DNA of 64,000 nt from Betaproteobacteria bacterium (GTDB lineage Bacteria; Pseudomonadota; Gammaproteobacteria; Burkholderiales; SG8-39): assembly GCA_004298385.1 (NCBI GenBank), contig SCTX01000098.1, positions 22,309-86,308 of the forward strand, in the 5' to 3' direction. This document shows positions 8,895 through 19,952 of the stretch, piece by piece. The position numbers were made by a program, and so were the translations under genes. Position 1 is the stretch's first letter; every line of letters begins with the position of its first letter. The notes beneath the pieces were generated by a model. It made no database searches and was not told the DNA's origin. It saw only the letters and a program-made list of their open reading frames with translations.

Positions 8895-10337
8895 ATGCTG
8901 AAGATATACAACACCCTTGCCCGCCGCAAGCAGAATTTCGTCCCAATCGAGCCGGGCAGGGTGCGCATGTACGTATGCGGCATGACCGTCTACGATTACT
9001 GCCACCTGGGTCATGCGCGCGTCATGGTGGTGTTCGACATGGTGCAGCGCTGGCTGCGCGCCTCCGGATTTGAACTCACTTATGTGCGCAACATCACCGA
9101 CCTTGACGACAAGATCATCCGCCGCGCGCTCGAGAACGGCGAAACCATAGGCGAACTCACCGCACGTTTCATCGCTCACATGAACGAGGATGCGGCCGCC
9201 CTCGGGGTCGAGAAACCCGATCATGAGCCGCGTGCCACGCAATACATCGGCGCTATGCTGGATATGATCGGGGCGCTGCAGCACAAGGGCCTGGCTTATC
9301 AGGCGGCGAGCGGCGACATCAACTACGCGGTGCGCAAGTTTCCCGGCTACGGCAAGCTCTCGGGCAAGACGCTGGACGAATTGCGCGCGGGCGAGCGCGT
9401 CGAAACCGATCCAAGCAAGCACGACCCGCTCGACTTCGTCCTGTGGAAGCGGGCCAAGGAGGGAGAGCCCGCCTGGGCGTCGCCCTGGGGCGAGGGCCGT
9501 CCCGGCTGGCATATCGAGTGCTCGGTCATGTCGGGCGAGTTGCTGGGCGCGCATTTCGACATCCATGGTGGCGGCCAGGACCTGCAGTTCCCTCATCACG
9601 AGAACGAGATCGCCCAGTCGGAGGGCGCGCACGGCGATATTTTCGTGAATTACTGGATGCACAACGGATTTGTGCGCGTCGACGAGGAGAAGATGTCCAA
9701 GTCGCTCGGCAATTTCTTCACCATCCGCGAGGTGCTGAAGACCTACCATCCGGAGGATGTGCGCTATTTCATCCTGCGCGCGCATTACCGCAGCCCGCTC
9801 AACTACTCCGACCGGCACCTGGACGACGCCAAGGGCGCGCTGACGCGCATGTATACCGCGCTGAATAAGGTCCCGCCACAGCAGGTGACGGCGATCGACT
9901 GGAACGACGTCTACGCCAGGCGCTTCAAGGAGGCAATGGACGACGACTTCAACACGCCGGAGGCCGTGGCGGTATTGTTCGATCTCGTGGCTGAGACGAA
10001 TCGCACAAAGTCCGCGATGACTTCTGGTTTGCTCAAGGCGCTGGGTGGGAAACTCGGCCTGCTCGAAAAGAATCCGTCCGATTACCTTCAGTGGCGCGCG
10101 TCACACGGCGCGGTTCGAATGGAACCGATGGACGCAAAGGGGACCGGGCGGACCAACGTTGGCATGTCCTCGACAGCCTTAAGCAACGACCAGATCAATC
10201 AGATGATTGAAGACCGCGCTCTAGCCAAGACGGCAAGGAATTACGCAGAGGCCGACCGTATCAGGAAGGAACTGCTCCATGCGGGCATCGTGCTTGAGGA
10301 TGCTCCCGGTGGGAAAACCGGCTGGCGCCGCGCCTGA
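8895..10337 (+). CDS. cysS: Cysteine--tRNA ligase
   Basis: [26 protein letters not shown] (HIGH motif) and the KMSKS motif. I set the start at the ATG at 8895; the track start is a TTG. Confidence 0.95.
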   Translation: MLKIYNTLARRKQNFVPIEPGRVRMYVCGMTVYDYCHLGHARVMVVFDMVQRWLRASGFELTYVRNITDLDDKIIRRALENGETIGELTARFIAHMNEDAAALGVEKPDHEPRATQYIGAMLDMIGALQHKGLAYQAASGDINYAVRKFPGYGKLSGKTLDELRAGERVETDPSKHDPLDFVLWKRAKEGEPAWASPWGEGRPGWHIECSVMSGELLGAHFDIHGGGQDLQFPHHENEIAQSEGAHGDIFVNYWMHNGFVRVDEEKMSKSLGNFFTIREVLKTYHPEDVRYFILRAHYRSPLNYSDRHLDDAKGALTRMYTALNKVPPQQVTAIDWNDVYARRFKEAMDDDFNTPEAVAVLFDLVAETNRTKSAMTSGLLKALGGKLGLLEKNPSDYLQWRASHGAVRMEPMDAKGTGRTNVGMSSTALSNDQINQMIEDRALAKTARNYAEADRIRKELLHAGIVLEDAPGGKTGWRRA

Positions 10338-10371
10338 GCTTGAACAGCTTCCACCGAGCCTTCGCCCTTCG

Positions 10372-11499
10372 CTATTCCGCGAAGAATTCCTTCACTTTAT
10401 CCATCCAGGATTTCGCCCGCGGGTTATGCCGGTCGGAATCCTTCACATTGATCGCCTCCAATTCGCGCAGGAGTTCTTTTTGCCGCTCGGTAAGGCGCAC
10501 CGGGGTCTCGACCACCATATGACACAGGAGGTCCCCGTGGGCATGGCTGCGCACGCCCTTGATGCCCTTGCCACGCAGACGAAAGATCTTGCCGCTCTGG
10601 GTTTCGGCCGGAATCTTGATCCGGGCCGAGCCGGAGAGCGTCGGGATTTCGATCTCCCCGCCCAGTGCCGCAATGGTGAAACTGATCGGCATTTCGCAGT
10701 GCAGATCGTCGTGATCGCGCTGGAACACCGCGTGCGGTTTCAGGTGCAGTTGCACGTACAGGTCGCCCGGCGGCCCGCCGTTGACGCCGGCCTCGCCTTC
10801 GCCGCTCAAGCGGATGCGGTCGCCTTCGTCCACGCCCGCCGGGATCTTGACCGACAGCGTCTTGTGCTGCTTCACGCGTCCGGCGCCCTGACAACCGGTG
10901 CAGGGGTCGGCTATGACCTTGCCGGTGCCGTGGCACTTGGGGCAGGCCTGCTGGATGGAGAAAAATCCCTGCTGCATGCGCACCTGGCCTTGGCCGTTGC
11001 AGGTGGGGCAGGTCTTGGGCTGGGTGCCGGGCTTCGCCCCCGAGCCGTGGCAGGTCGCGCATGCATCCATGGTGGGAATGCGGATCTTGGTCTCGGTGCC
11101 GTGCGCCGCCGCCTCCAGCGAGATCTCGAGGTTGTAGCGCAGATCGGCGCCGCGGTAGACGTTGGAGCGGCCGCCGCGCGCCTGGCCGAAGATGTCGCCG
11201 AAGATGTCGCCGAAGGCGTCGGCGAAGTTCGAGAACCCGGCGCCGTGGGCGCCGGCCGCCGCGGACGGGTCGACGCCCGCATGGCCGTAACGGTCGTAGG
11301 CGGCGCGCTTGTCGGCATCGGAGAGCACCTCGTAGGCTTCCTTCGCTTCCTTGAATTTGTCCTCTGCGCCTTTGCCCTTGTCCTCCGGATTGCGATCCGG
11401 ATGGTGCTTCATCGCGAGCTTGCGGTATGCTTTCTTGATCGCGTCGTCTTCCGCGTCGCGATTGACGCCCAGAATCTCGTAGTAATCTCTTTTGGCCAT
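10372..11499 (-). CDS. dnaJ: Molecular chaperone DnaJ
   Basis: J-domain with HPD, a G/F region and four CxxCxGxG zinc-finger repeats. Confidence 0.95.
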   Translation of the reverse strand: MAKRDYYEILGVNRDAEDDAIKKAYRKLAMKHHPDRNPEDKGKGAEDKFKEAKEAYEVLSDADKRAAYDRYGHAGVDPSAAAGAHGAGFSNFADAFGDIFGDIFGQARGGRSNVYRGADLRYNLEISLEAAAHGTETKIRIPTMDACATCHGSGAKPGTQPKTCPTCNGQGQVRMQQGFFSIQQACPKCHGTGKVIADPCTGCQGAGRVKQHKTLSVKIPAGVDEGDRIRLSGEGEAGVNGGPPGDLYVQLHLKPHAVFQRDHDDLHCEMPISFTIAALGGEIEIPTLSGSARIKIPAETQSGKIFRLRGKGIKGVRSHAHGDLLCHMVVETPVRLTERQKELLRELEAINVKDSDRHNPRAKSWMDKVKEFFAE

Positions 11500-11585
11500 A
11501 TGCGTCTTTAGCTGCGGATTAGCACGGAAACATGCGGATAAGGCATGTTCTCAACATCCGTTCTTTGCTTGCTTGCAAGCGAAAT

Positions 11586-11614
11586 CCCGCGGAGGGGCAG
11601 AGCCTCTCCACGGG
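11586..11614 (-). terminator. Imperfect hairpin between dnaK and dnaJ (partial terminator/attenuator)
   Basis: On the minus strand, CCCGUGGAGAGG-cucug-CCCCUCCGCGGG followed by AUUUCGCUU. It contains one wobble pair and one mismatch. Confidence 0.4.
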
Positions 11615-11645
11615 ACGAAAACAATCGCCGTAATTCTGCAGCCGC

Positions 11646-13571
11646 TTACTTCTTGCCGTCCTTGACCTCGGTGTACTCGGCATCGACCACTTCGCCCTCG
11701 TCGGCTTTGGCCTCGTTTTTCCCCCCCGGCGCTGCCTTCTCGCCGGCAGCCTGGGCATCGGCGTACATTTTTTCGCCCAGCTTCTGCGCCGCCTGCGCCA
11801 GGGCCTGCGACTTGGCGTCGATCGCCGCCTTGTCCTCGGACTTGAGCACGGTCTCGGCGTCTTTGATCGCCGCCTCTATTTTTTCCTTCTCGCCTGCTTC
11901 CAACTTGTCGCCGTATTCGGCGAGCGATTTCTTGATCGAGTGCACCAGCGCCTCGCACTGATTGCGCGCGTTCACCAGTTCCAGCGCCTTCTTGTCCTCT
12001 TCGGCGTGGGCCTCGGCGTCTTTCACCATTTTCTCGATTTCCGCTTCGTTCAAGCCGCTCGAGGCCTGAATCTTGATCTTGCTCTCCTTGCCCGTGGCCT
12101 TGTCCTTGGCCGACACATGCAGGATGCCGTTGGCGTCGATGTCGAAGGCGACCTCGATTTGCGGCAGCCCGCGCGGCGCCGGCGGGATGTCGGTGAGGTT
12201 GAACTGACCCAGGCTCTTGTTGCCGGAAGCTATGTCGCGCTCGCCCTGCAGCACATGGATAGTCACCGCCGTCTGGTTGTCGTCGGCGGTGGAGAAAACC
12301 TGCTGCGCCTTGGTCGGGATGGTGGTGTTCTTTTGGATGAGCTTGGTCATCACGCCGCCTAGCGTCTCGATGCCCAGCGACAGCGGCGTGACGTCGAGCA
12401 GCAGCACGTCCTTCCTTTCGCCCGAGAGCACCGAAGCCTGGATGGCCGCACCCGCCGCCACCGCCTCGTCCGGATTCACGTCCTTGCGCGGCTCCCTGCC
12501 GAAAATTTCCTTGACCTTGTCCTGCACCTTGGGCATGCGCGTCATGCCGCCCACCAGGATCACGTCGCTGATGTCGGACACTTTGACGCCGGAATCCTTG
12601 ATCGCCGTCAGGCACGGCGCGACGGTCTTCTCGATCAGTTCATCGACCAGGCTCTCCAGCTTCGCCCGCGTGAGCTTGATCGACAGGTGCTTGGGTCCGC
12701 TCGCGTCGGCGGTGATATAGGCCAGGTTGATCTCGGTCTGCTGCGAGGACGAGAGCTCGATCTTGGCTTTCTCCGCCGCTTCCTTCAGGCGCTGCAGCGC
12801 GAGCACGTCCTTCCTGAGATCGATGCCCTGGTCGCGCTTGAATTCGTCGCAGAGGTAATCCATGATCCTCTGATCGAAATCCTCGCCGCCGAGGAAAGTG
12901 TCGCCGTTGGTGGAGAGCACTTCGAACTGTTTCTCGCCCTCGACATCGGCGATCTCGATGATGGAGATGTCGAAAGTGCCGCCGCCCAGGTCATAGACCG
13001 CAATCTTGCGGTCGCCGCCCTGCTTGTCCACGCCGAAAGCGAGCGCGGCCGCGGTCGGTTCGTTGATGATGCGCTTCACCTCCAGCCCGGCGATGCGGCC
13101 GGCGTCCTTGGTCGCCTGGCGCTGGCTGTCGTTGAAGTAGGCCGGAACGGTGATCACCGCTTCGGTCACCGGTTCGCCGAGATAGTCCTCGGCGGTTCTT
13201 TTCATTTTAAGCAATACCTGTGCCGACACCTCCTGCGGGGCGATTTTCTTGCCTCGTACTTCGACCCAGGCGTCGCCATTGTCATGCTTGACTATCTTAT
13301 AGGGCATGAGGTCGAGATCTTTCTGCACCTCTTTTTCCTCGAAGCGGCGGCCGATCAGGCGCTTGACCGCGTACAGGGTGTTCTTGGCGTTGGTGACCGC
13401 CTGGCGCTTGGCCGAAGCGCCGCACAAGACCTCGCCGTCTTCCTGATAGGCGACGATGGACGGCGTGGTGCGCGCGCCCTCGGAATTCTCGATGACCTTG
13501 GTTTGGCCGCCTTCTATGATGGCGACGCAGGAGTTGGTTGTTCCCAGGTCGATGCCGATGATCTTAGCCAT
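11646..13571 (-). CDS. dnaK: Molecular chaperone DnaK (Hsp70)
   Basis: Full-length Hsp70 beginning [17 protein letters not shown]. 641 aa. Confidence 0.97.
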   Translation of the reverse strand: MAKIIGIDLGTTNSCVAIIEGGQTKVIENSEGARTTPSIVAYQEDGEVLCGASAKRQAVTNAKNTLYAVKRLIGRRFEEKEVQKDLDLMPYKIVKHDNGDAWVEVRGKKIAPQEVSAQVLLKMKRTAEDYLGEPVTEAVITVPAYFNDSQRQATKDAGRIAGLEVKRIINEPTAAALAFGVDKQGGDRKIAVYDLGGGTFDISIIEIADVEGEKQFEVLSTNGDTFLGGEDFDQRIMDYLCDEFKRDQGIDLRKDVLALQRLKEAAEKAKIELSSSQQTEINLAYITADASGPKHLSIKLTRAKLESLVDELIEKTVAPCLTAIKDSGVKVSDISDVILVGGMTRMPKVQDKVKEIFGREPRKDVNPDEAVAAGAAIQASVLSGERKDVLLLDVTPLSLGIETLGGVMTKLIQKNTTIPTKAQQVFSTADDNQTAVTIHVLQGERDIASGNKSLGQFNLTDIPPAPRGLPQIEVAFDIDANGILHVSAKDKATGKESKIKIQASSGLNEAEIEKMVKDAEAHAEEDKKALELVNARNQCEALVHSIKKSLAEYGDKLEAGEKEKIEAAIKDAETVLKSEDKAAIDAKSQALAQAAQKLGEKMYADAQAAGEKAAPGGKNEAKADEGEVVDAEYTEVKDGKK

Positions 13572-13608
13572 GTTGTGTTCCTCGATGAGTGAAATGAGCC
13601 TGACAGCA

Positions 13609-13636
13609 ATGTGGGGTTGAATCCCCAGGCTTCAAG
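13609..13636 (-). promoter_or_regulatory. Sigma-32 (RpoH)-type promoter of dnaK
   Basis: Minus strand reads CTTGAAG-N13-CCCCACAT, against the consensus CTTGAAA-N13/14-CCCCATNT. It overlaps the grpE stop. Confidence 0.7.
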
Positions 13637-14192
13637 CGTCCATTGCCTTTGAAACCGTCACCAGAGCCGGGCGGACGACGCGTTCGTGCAGCAGGTAGCC
13701 TTTCTGCATCACGTTCACCACCTGGTTGGGCTCGCCCTCGTGGGGCACCACGGTCATCGCCTGATGCCTATGCGGGTCGAACTTTTCGCCGACCGGGTTG
13801 ATTTCCCTGAGGTTTGCTTTTTCGAACACGGTACTGAGTTGCCTCAAAGTCAACTCGACTCCGCTCTTCAGGCTCTCCAGCGTGACATTTTCGATCACCA
13901 GGGCGGCCTCCAGACTGTCGCGGACCGGCAACAGCGCTTCGGCCAGGTTTTCCACGGCATATTTGTGCGCGCCGGCGATGTCGGCCTGGGCGCGCTTGCG
14001 CAGGTTCTCGGTCTCGGCCTTTGCTCGGAGCCAGGACTCCAAATGCTCCTGGGCCTTTTGCTCGGCTTGGCGCAGCCGCTCTTCCAGGCCGGGCGCAGCT
14101 TCGGCTTTCAGCCCGGCACCGGTATCGCCTTCCGTCGTGGCTGCGTTTTGACCGGGCGCAGCCTGGGAACAGTCAGGTTCTTGATCCGCCAT
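13632..14192 (-). CDS. grpE: Nucleotide exchange factor GrpE
   Basis: GrpE C-terminal signature ([15 protein letters not shown]). I trimmed the start to the ATG at 14192 (MADQEPD..). Confidence 0.85.
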   Translation of the reverse strand: MADQEPDCSQAAPGQNAATTEGDTGAGLKAEAAPGLEERLRQAEQKAQEHLESWLRAKAETENLRKRAQADIAGAHKYAVENLAEALLPVRDSLEAALVIENVTLESLKSGVELTLRQLSTVFEKANLREINPVGEKFDPHRHQAMTVVPHEGEPNQVVNVMQKGYLLHERVVRPALVTVSKAMDA

Positions 14193-14224
14193 CGAAATCT
14201 CTGCTTTTTGAATGACCGCTAAAA

Positions 14225-14252
14225 ACATGGGGACAAGTCGGGACATTTCAAG
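14225..14252 (-). promoter_or_regulatory. Sigma-32 (RpoH)-type promoter of grpE
   Basis: Minus strand reads CTTGAAA-N13-CCCCATGT, a near-perfect match to the consensus, about 33 nt upstream of the grpE ATG. Confidence 0.8.
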
Positions 14253-14357
14253 GGGGGAATCCCGGCGCTGAGCAAACTTCGTTGACGCGCTCATGTGCTG
14301 GACGACCCAGTCACCACGACCCGCGAAGATCGAGTCCGTCTGGATGCCGCGCGGATT

Positions 14358-15449
14358 CTAGAGTTTGGCGCCCAGGGCGAGCGCGCGTCGGCGCGATTGT
14401 CTCAGTGCATCCGGGCTTGGGTCGGCGCGGTCCCATCCCTGCAAGTGCTCCAAGACGATCTGCGCCAGCGCCTGGATCCAGGCGTCGCTTTCATTGAGGC
14501 AGGGGATGGCGTGGAATTCCTTGCCGCCTGCCTTGAGGAACTCGGCCTTGCCCTCTATGCCGATTTCCTCCAGTGTCTCCAGGCAGTCGGCGACGAAGCC
14601 GGGGCATACGACGTCAACGCGGCGCAAGCCCTGCCTGCCCCATTGCGCAAGCGTGGCCGCGCTGTAGGGTTGCAGCCATTCCGCGCGGCCGAAACGCGAC
14701 TGGAAGCTAAGCTGGTATTGTTCCGGCGCCAGCGCCAGCGCCTCGGCCAGCAGGCGCGCCGTCTTCTGGCATTCGCAGTGGTAAGGATCGCCGCGTTCCA
14801 GCGTGTAGCGCGGCAGCCCGTGAAAACTCATCAGCAGACGGTCCGGTTTGCCATGCTGGGCCCAGTGCTTGCGCACACCTTCCGCCAGCGCCGATATGTA
14901 GGCCGGGTGGTCGTGAAAGCGTTTGACCAGGCGCAACTCGGGAATGTTGCGCGTCTGCCTGAAAAAGTCGGATACCGCGTCAAACGCGCTTGCCGTCGTG
15001 CTTGCGGCGTATTGCGGGTAAAGCGGCAGGACGAGAATGCGTTCGCAGTGCGCATCCTTCAAGCGGGCCAATACCGCGGCAATCGAAGGATCGCCATAGC
15101 GCATGGCGTGCTCCACGACCAGTGCCGAGTAGTGCAGCGCACCCAGGTATTCGCGCAGGAGCTTTGCCTGGCGCTCGGTATGCAGCTTGAGCGGCGAGCC
15201 GTCCTGGCACCAAATCTGCGCGTATTTCGCCGCCGACTTGGCGGGCCGAAAATTGAGGATGACGCCGTTCAGGATCAGCCACCACAGCGGCCTAGGGATT
15301 TCCACCACGCGCGGATCGGAAAGAAATTCCTTCAAATAGCGGCGCACCGCCGCCGCGTTCGGCGCCTCCGGCGTACCCAGGTTGACCAGCAGGATCGCGG
15401 TGCGCGCCGGCGTGCCGTGCGCATAGGCTGGTTCGGCCAGGAAAGGCAT
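14358..15449 (-). CDS. hemH: Ferrochelatase
   Basis: 363 aa with typical ferrochelatase blocks ([20 protein letters not shown]). Confidence 0.9.
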   Translation of the reverse strand: MPFLAEPAYAHGTPARTAILLVNLGTPEAPNAAAVRRYLKEFLSDPRVVEIPRPLWWLILNGVILNFRPAKSAAKYAQIWCQDGSPLKLHTERQAKLLREYLGALHYSALVVEHAMRYGDPSIAAVLARLKDAHCERILVLPLYPQYAASTTASAFDAVSDFFRQTRNIPELRLVKRFHDHPAYISALAEGVRKHWAQHGKPDRLLMSFHGLPRYTLERGDPYHCECQKTARLLAEALALAPEQYQLSFQSRFGRAEWLQPYSAATLAQWGRQGLRRVDVVCPGFVADCLETLEEIGIEGKAEFLKAGGKEFHAIPCLNESDAWIQALAQIVLEHLQGWDRADPSPDALRQSRRRALALGAKL

Positions 15450-15468
15450 GGGTTTCGCCGCAGGGGGA

Positions 15469-16488
15469 TCAGTTGTTGGAAAGCGCGCTGGAGAGCAGCT
15501 TCGCCGTGATGTCGACGATGGGAATCACGCGTTCGTAGGCCATGCGCGTCGGTCCGATCACGCCCACGGTGCCGACGATCTGTCCGTCCACGGAGTAGGG
15601 CGCGGTGACCACGCTGCACTCGTCCAGCAGCGAGGCGCCGGATTCGCCGCCGATGAAAATCTGCACGCCCTGCGCGCGCGTGCTCATGTCGAGGATCTGC
15701 ACGAACAGGGTTTTCTTCTCGAACAGCTCGAACAATTCCCGCAGCCGCGCCATGTTGGAGGCGAGGTCGATCGAGTCGAGCAGGTTCTTTTCGCCCGAGA
15801 TGACGTAATTCTCGGTGTTCTCGTTCAATGCCTGGTCGCCCGCTTCCAGCGCCGCCGTCATTAGCGCGGTCATGTCCTGATGCAGTTGTTTCAACTCCTG
15901 CTGCACGCGCGTCCGGATGTCGTCGAGGCTAAGCCCCGCATAGTTCTGGTTGAGGAAGTTCGCCGCCATGGTGAGCTGTGCCGGGGAATAAGTCTTTTCG
16001 GTAAACAGGATCCGGTTTTGCACATTCCCGTCCTGGGTGACGAGAATAAGCAGGATGCGCTTTTCCGAAAGGGAGAGGAATTCGATGTGGCGAAAGGCAG
16101 CGCTCTTGCGCCGCGGCGAGGCGACGACCCCGGCAAAATGGGAAAGCTGCGACAGCAGTTGCGAGGCCGAACTGATCAGGCGCTGCGGGTTGTCCGGATG
16201 CAGGTTGCCTTCGATCTGGCTCAGTTCAACCTGCTCCAGCGGTTTGATGGTGAGCAGGGTATCGACGAAAATGCGGTAGCCGCGCGGCGTGGGTACGCGC
16301 CCGGCCGAGGTGTGGGGGCTGGAGATGAAACCCAGTTCCTCCAGATCCGACATGATGTTGCGGATGGTCGCCGGCGACAGGTCCAGGCCGGAATAGCGCG
16401 ACAGCGCGCGCGAGCCCACCGGCTGGCCTTCGGTGATGTAGCGCTCCACCAGGGTTTTGAGCAGGATCTTGGCGCGACGGTCAAGCAT
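15469..16488 (-). CDS. hrcA: Heat-inducible transcription repressor HrcA
   Basis: N-terminal wHTH ([17 protein letters not shown]) and the full 339-aa HrcA architecture. Confidence 0.9.
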   Translation of the reverse strand: MLDRRAKILLKTLVERYITEGQPVGSRALSRYSGLDLSPATIRNIMSDLEELGFISSPHTSAGRVPTPRGYRIFVDTLLTIKPLEQVELSQIEGNLHPDNPQRLISSASQLLSQLSHFAGVVASPRRKSAAFRHIEFLSLSEKRILLILVTQDGNVQNRILFTEKTYSPAQLTMAANFLNQNYAGLSLDDIRTRVQQELKQLHQDMTALMTAALEAGDQALNENTENYVISGEKNLLDSIDLASNMARLRELFELFEKKTLFVQILDMSTRAQGVQIFIGGESGASLLDECSVVTAPYSVDGQIVGTVGVIGPTRMAYERVIPIVDITAKLLSSALSNN

Positions 16489-16529
16489 GTTCGTATTCTA
16501 CCCAAAATATCCGCGTGTTCATCAACACG

Positions 16530-16558
16530 AGATGGGGGCGATGTGGTTTAATTTAAAC
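16530..16558 (-). promoter_or_regulatory. Possible sigma-32-type promoter of hrcA
   Basis: Minus strand reads GTTTAAA-N14-CCCCATCT, with one mismatch in the -35 element. Confidence 0.4.
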
Positions 16559-16561
16559 GTG

Positions 16562-17434
16562 ATGCCCCCTGCGTTCAAAACAGTCGCGCTGATCGGCCGC
16601 TACAACACCGCCGAAATCGCCCAGTCGCTGCTCGGTTTGGCCGCCCTGCTGCAGCTACGCGGCTGCAAGGTGCTGATCGAAAAAGAGACCGCCGCGAATA
16701 TCGGCAGGAACGGTTTTGCCACTGGCGATTATGCCGCCATTGGCGCAGAGGCCGACCTCGCAGTGGTGCTGGGTGGGGACGGGAGCATGCTCTCGGCCGC
16801 GCGTCATTTGGCCACCCACGGGGTGCCCCTGGTCGGCGTCAACCAGGGGCGGCTTGGCTTCATGACCGACATCGCGTTCTCGCACATGCCGGAAACCATC
16901 GAGTTGCTGCTCTCCGGCCAGTACACCCTGGAAGAGCGCACCATGCTCGAGGCCAAGGTGCTGCGCGGGGAGAAGGAATTTTTCAGCACCCAGGCGCTCA
17001 ACGACATCGTCGTCAACAAGGGCGCCACCGGCCGCATGATCGAATTCCTGGTGCACATCGACGGCCAGTTCGTCTACGATCTGCGCTCCGACGGCATCAT
17101 CGTGGCCAGCCCTACCGGCTCCACGGCATACGCGCTTTCATCCAATGGACCTATCTTGCAGCCCAATGTGACCGGTATCGCCCTGGTCCCGGTTTGCCCG
17201 CATACGCTGTCCAACCGCCCGATTACCGTGAGCGACCAGTGTGTAATCGAGATTACCATCAAGCAGCGCGCCATCGGCGCGCGCCTGCATTTCGACGGTC
17301 AGCCGCATTCCGAGCTTGCGGCCGACGACAAGGTGGTCGTGCGCCGTGCGGCGCATTCCATCCGCTTTGTCCATCCGCCCGGATACAGCTACTACGCCAT
17401 GCTGCGCGAGAAGCTGCACTGGAGCGAAATGTAA
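16562..17434 (+). CDS. nadK: NAD+ kinase
   Basis: GGDG motif (VVLGGDGSML). I chose the start at the ATG at 16562 (MPPAFKTVALIGR) because NadK proteins start a few residues before FK.IG. The ATGs at 16532 and 16541 are alternatives. Confidence 0.85.
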   Translation: MPPAFKTVALIGRYNTAEIAQSLLGLAALLQLRGCKVLIEKETAANIGRNGFATGDYAAIGAEADLAVVLGGDGSMLSAARHLATHGVPLVGVNQGRLGFMTDIAFSHMPETIELLLSGQYTLEERTMLEAKVLRGEKEFFSTQALNDIVVNKGATGRMIEFLVHIDGQFVYDLRSDGIIVASPTGSTAYALSSNGPILQPNVTGIALVPVCPHTLSNRPITVSDQCVIEITIKQRAIGARLHFDGQPHSELAADDKVVVRRAAHSIRFVHPPGYSYYAMLREKLHWSEM

Positions 17435-17436
17435 TC

Positions 17437-19098
17437 ATGCTGCGGACGCTCAGCATCCGCGACTTCGCCATCGTCGATTCGCTCGAACTCGAATTTCATC
17501 CCGGCTTCACCGTGCTAACCGGCGAAACCGGCGCCGGCAAGTCCATCCTCATCGATGCCCTGGCGCTGACCCTGGGCGGGCGCGGCGACGCGGCCGTGGT
17601 GCGTGCCGGCCGCGAGCGCGCGGACATCAGCGCCGAGTTCGATATTCAACCGCTGCCCGAACTTCTCCGATGGCTGCGCGCGGCCGAACTCGAGGGCGAT
17701 CCCGGCCTGGTGCTGCTGCGCCGGGTAATCGACAAGAACGGGCGCTCGCGCGCTTTCGTCAACGGCCGGCCGGCCACGCAGAGCCAGTTGCGCGAGGCGG
17801 GCGAATGGCTGGTCGACATCCACGGACAGCATGCGCACCAGTCCTTGCTCAAACCCGATGCCCAGCGCGCGCTGCTGGACGCGCACGCCGGGCTGGCGCC
17901 GCTCGCGGCCGAGGTCGCGGCGGCTTATCGGCAATGGCAGAAGCTGGCGCAGGCGCGCGCCGAGCACGAAACCCACGCGGCCGAGCGCGATGCCGAATGC
18001 GAGCAACTGCAATGGCAAGCGCGCGAACTCGAACAGTTAGCCCTGCAGCCGGACGAATGGGACGCGGTGCAGGCTGAGCATACCCGTCTGGCACATGCGG
18101 CCGGCCTGATCGAGGGCGTGCAGGCGGCGCTGGATACCCTATCGGAGGCCGATGCCGCCTGCCTGCCGCTGCTCTCCGGCACGCTCGCGCGGCTGGAGGC
18201 CCTGCTCGGCTATGATGCGCGCCTGCGGGAGGCGGCAGATCTCATCCGCTCGGGCGCGGCGCAGGTGCAGGAGGCGGTCTATGCGCTGCGTCATTACGCG
18301 GATCGCGTCGAGCTGGACCCGCAGCGGCTCGCCGCGGTGGAGGCGCGCATGGAGGCGATCCACGGCAGCGCGCGCAAGTTCCGCCTCGCGCCGCAGGAAC
18401 TGCCCCAACACCTGCGACAACTGCAGGCGCGCCTGGGTGAACTCGAGATCGCCTCCAACCTGGAGGCCCTGGTGGGGCAGGAGCAGCAGGCGCGCGCGAG
18501 CTACTACGATCTGGCGGCCAAGCTGAGTGCCGGCAGGAAGAAGGCCGCCGTCAAGCTCGGCAAGGAGGTCACGCAGACGATGCAGCAGCTCGCCATGGCA
18601 GGGGGCAAGTTCGAGGTGGCGCTGAATCCGTATCCGCCCGAAGGCAGCGTGCACGGCGCCGAACTGGTGGAGTTCCTGGTCGCCGCCAATCCGGGGGTCG
18701 AGGCGCGCGCGCTCGCCAAGGTTGCTTCCGGCGGCGAATTGTCGCGCATCAGTCTTGCCATCCAGGTCATCACCAGCAAGGCGGCGCTGGTTCCGACATT
18801 GATCTTCGACGAGGTGGACGCCGGCATCGGCGGCGGCGTGGCCGAGATCGTCGGTCGGCAACTCAAGACCCTGGGGCGCGAGCGCCAGGTGCTGTGCGTC
18901 ACGCACCTGCCCCAGGTGGCCGCCCAGGCCGACCGGCAATGGTCGGTGAGCAAATTCGGCATCGAGGGCAGGGTGAAGACCATGGTTTCGGTGCTCGACC
19001 AGAAAGCGCGGATCGAGGAGGTGGCGCGCATGCTCGGCGGTACCGAAATCACCGCCACCACGCGCAAACATGCTGCGGAAATGCTGAGTCTGCGCTAA
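17437..19098 (+). CDS. recN: DNA repair protein RecN
   Basis: MLRTLSIRDFAIV.. followed by Walker A GETGAGKS and the SMC-like C-terminal signature. I trimmed the start to the ATG at 17437. Confidence 0.93.
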   Translation: MLRTLSIRDFAIVDSLELEFHPGFTVLTGETGAGKSILIDALALTLGGRGDAAVVRAGRERADISAEFDIQPLPELLRWLRAAELEGDPGLVLLRRVIDKNGRSRAFVNGRPATQSQLREAGEWLVDIHGQHAHQSLLKPDAQRALLDAHAGLAPLAAEVAAAYRQWQKLAQARAEHETHAAERDAECEQLQWQARELEQLALQPDEWDAVQAEHTRLAHAAGLIEGVQAALDTLSEADAACLPLLSGTLARLEALLGYDARLREAADLIRSGAAQVQEAVYALRHYADRVELDPQRLAAVEARMEAIHGSARKFRLAPQELPQHLRQLQARLGELEIASNLEALVGQEQQARASYYDLAAKLSAGRKKAAVKLGKEVTQTMQQLAMAGGKFEVALNPYPPEGSVHGAELVEFLVAANPGVEARALAKVASGGELSRISLAIQVITSKAALVPTLIFDEVDAGIGGGVAEIVGRQLKTLGRERQVLCVTHLPQVAAQADRQWSVSKFGIEGRVKTMVSVLDQKARIEEVARMLGGTEITATTRKHAAEMLSLR

Positions 19099-19141
19099 GC
19101 TAGCAAATGAGAGCTATTTCTAACAACCAGGGGAGGTGATG

Positions 19142-19519
19142 ATGCGACAGTTGAAACCGTTCAAATCAGCGGCCGGTTCGGCGCGGGTAATATCGATGGT
19201 GGTACTGGTCGTGATACTCGTCTGCGCCTATGTTGCATTGGATTTCTATACCGGTGGGCAGCAGAACGCGAGCATCGTGGAAGGACGCGGCGGCGCCATC
19301 GTCGGTGCGTTGTCTGGCTACAAGCGCGAAACCGGCAGCCTGCCTGATTCGCTGGAGAAACTCGTGCCCAAGCACCTCCAGGGGTTGGCCAAGTGTCCCA
19401 ACGGCCAGCCCTACGCGTACAAGCCGGCCGGGACGGAATATACGCTCACCTGTCAGGAGGTGTTGTTCAAGTCCAAGCCATATCAATACGATTCCAAGTC
19501 GAGGGCCTGGGGCGGCTAG
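19142..19519 (+). CDS. Hypothetical membrane-anchored small protein (pseudopilin-like C-terminal flavour)
   Basis: GGGAGG RBS 5 nt upstream and a single N-terminal TM helix. The segment GSLPDSLEKLVPKHL...QPYAYKP is reminiscent of GspG-type globular domains. I recognise no family with confidence. Confidence 0.5.
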   Translation: MRQLKPFKSAAGSARVISMVVLVVILVCAYVALDFYTGGQQNASIVEGRGGAIVGALSGYKRETGSLPDSLEKLVPKHLQGLAKCPNGQPYAYKPAGTEYTLTCQEVLFKSKPYQYDSKSRAWGG

Positions 19520-19608
19520 CGAATACGTAAATGGGGGTCGGGACGCAGGGGCTTGGCGCAGCGATTCCGAATTTCGCGCCGGGCCGATCACGGGATGCGG
19601 CGCGCGGT

Positions 19609-19637
19609 TTGTGCGTGTCGTCGCTTTGGGCTAGAAT
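19609..19637 (+). promoter_or_regulatory. Sigma-70-type promoter for tRNA-Val
   Basis: TTGTGC-N17-TAGAAT, ending 13 nt before the mature tRNA 5' end. Confidence 0.45.
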
Positions 19638-19650
19638 GCGCGTTCTTTTT

Positions 19651-19727
19651 AGGCGCGTAGCTCAGCTGGTTAGAGCATCACCTTGACATGGTGGGGGTCG
19701 TTGGTTCGAGTCCAATCGCGCCTACCA
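19651..19727 (+). tRNA. tRNA-Val (anticodon GAC), CCA encoded
   Basis: I folded the cloverleaf by hand. Acceptor stem AGGCGCG/CGCGCCT, anticodon loop TTGACAT, T-loop TTCGAGT, 5-nt variable loop. Confidence 0.9.
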
Positions 19728-19952
19728 AATTTCTCCCGATAGATCGATAAATCGAGGGTCCGCGGAGGCCCGCCCGGGACGAATTTGGGGCACATGCGCA
19801 GGCGGTCATCATCAAACCTGAAATGATTTTCATCGAGCGAGACAGTTGCCTTGGACGCGTCCGGTACGGGTGTTATCGTTTTTTGATCTGGCGCAAGCTT
19901 GTCAATTCCCGTTGTAGCAGCGTAAACCCGTCGTTAATGTGAGGAGGGTTCC

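Noticed and set aside
7731-9818. 695-aa minus-strand ORF spanning the TPR gene and running antisense into cysS
   Set aside because: Only the distal 335 codons (from the ATG at 8738, which gives a signal peptide) look like a real protein. The upstream 360 codons are antisense to a textbook cysS.
10279-11511. 410-aa plus-strand ORF
   Set aside because: It is antisense to dnaJ and has a low-complexity Ala/Gly/Arg composition.
14295-15509. 404-aa plus-strand ORF
   Set aside because: It is antisense to hemH, with no motifs.
13572-16561. CIRCE operator (TTAGCACTC-N9-GAGTGCTAA) in the hrcA-grpE-dnaK locus
   Set aside because: I searched the intergenic regions by eye and found no match. The palindrome GTGTT-N4-AACAC near 16514-16527 does not resemble CIRCE.
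17300-17436. LexA/SOS box (CTGT-N8-ACAG) upstream of recN
   Set aside because: No match. recN starts 3 nt after nadK, so an SOS promoter, if any, is not recognisable here.
19881-19896. Possible sigma-54 promoter (TGGCGC-N5-TGTC) upstream of dctP
   Set aside because: The -12 element lacks the conserved GC at the correct GG-N10-GC spacing, so it is not a convincing RpoN promoter.
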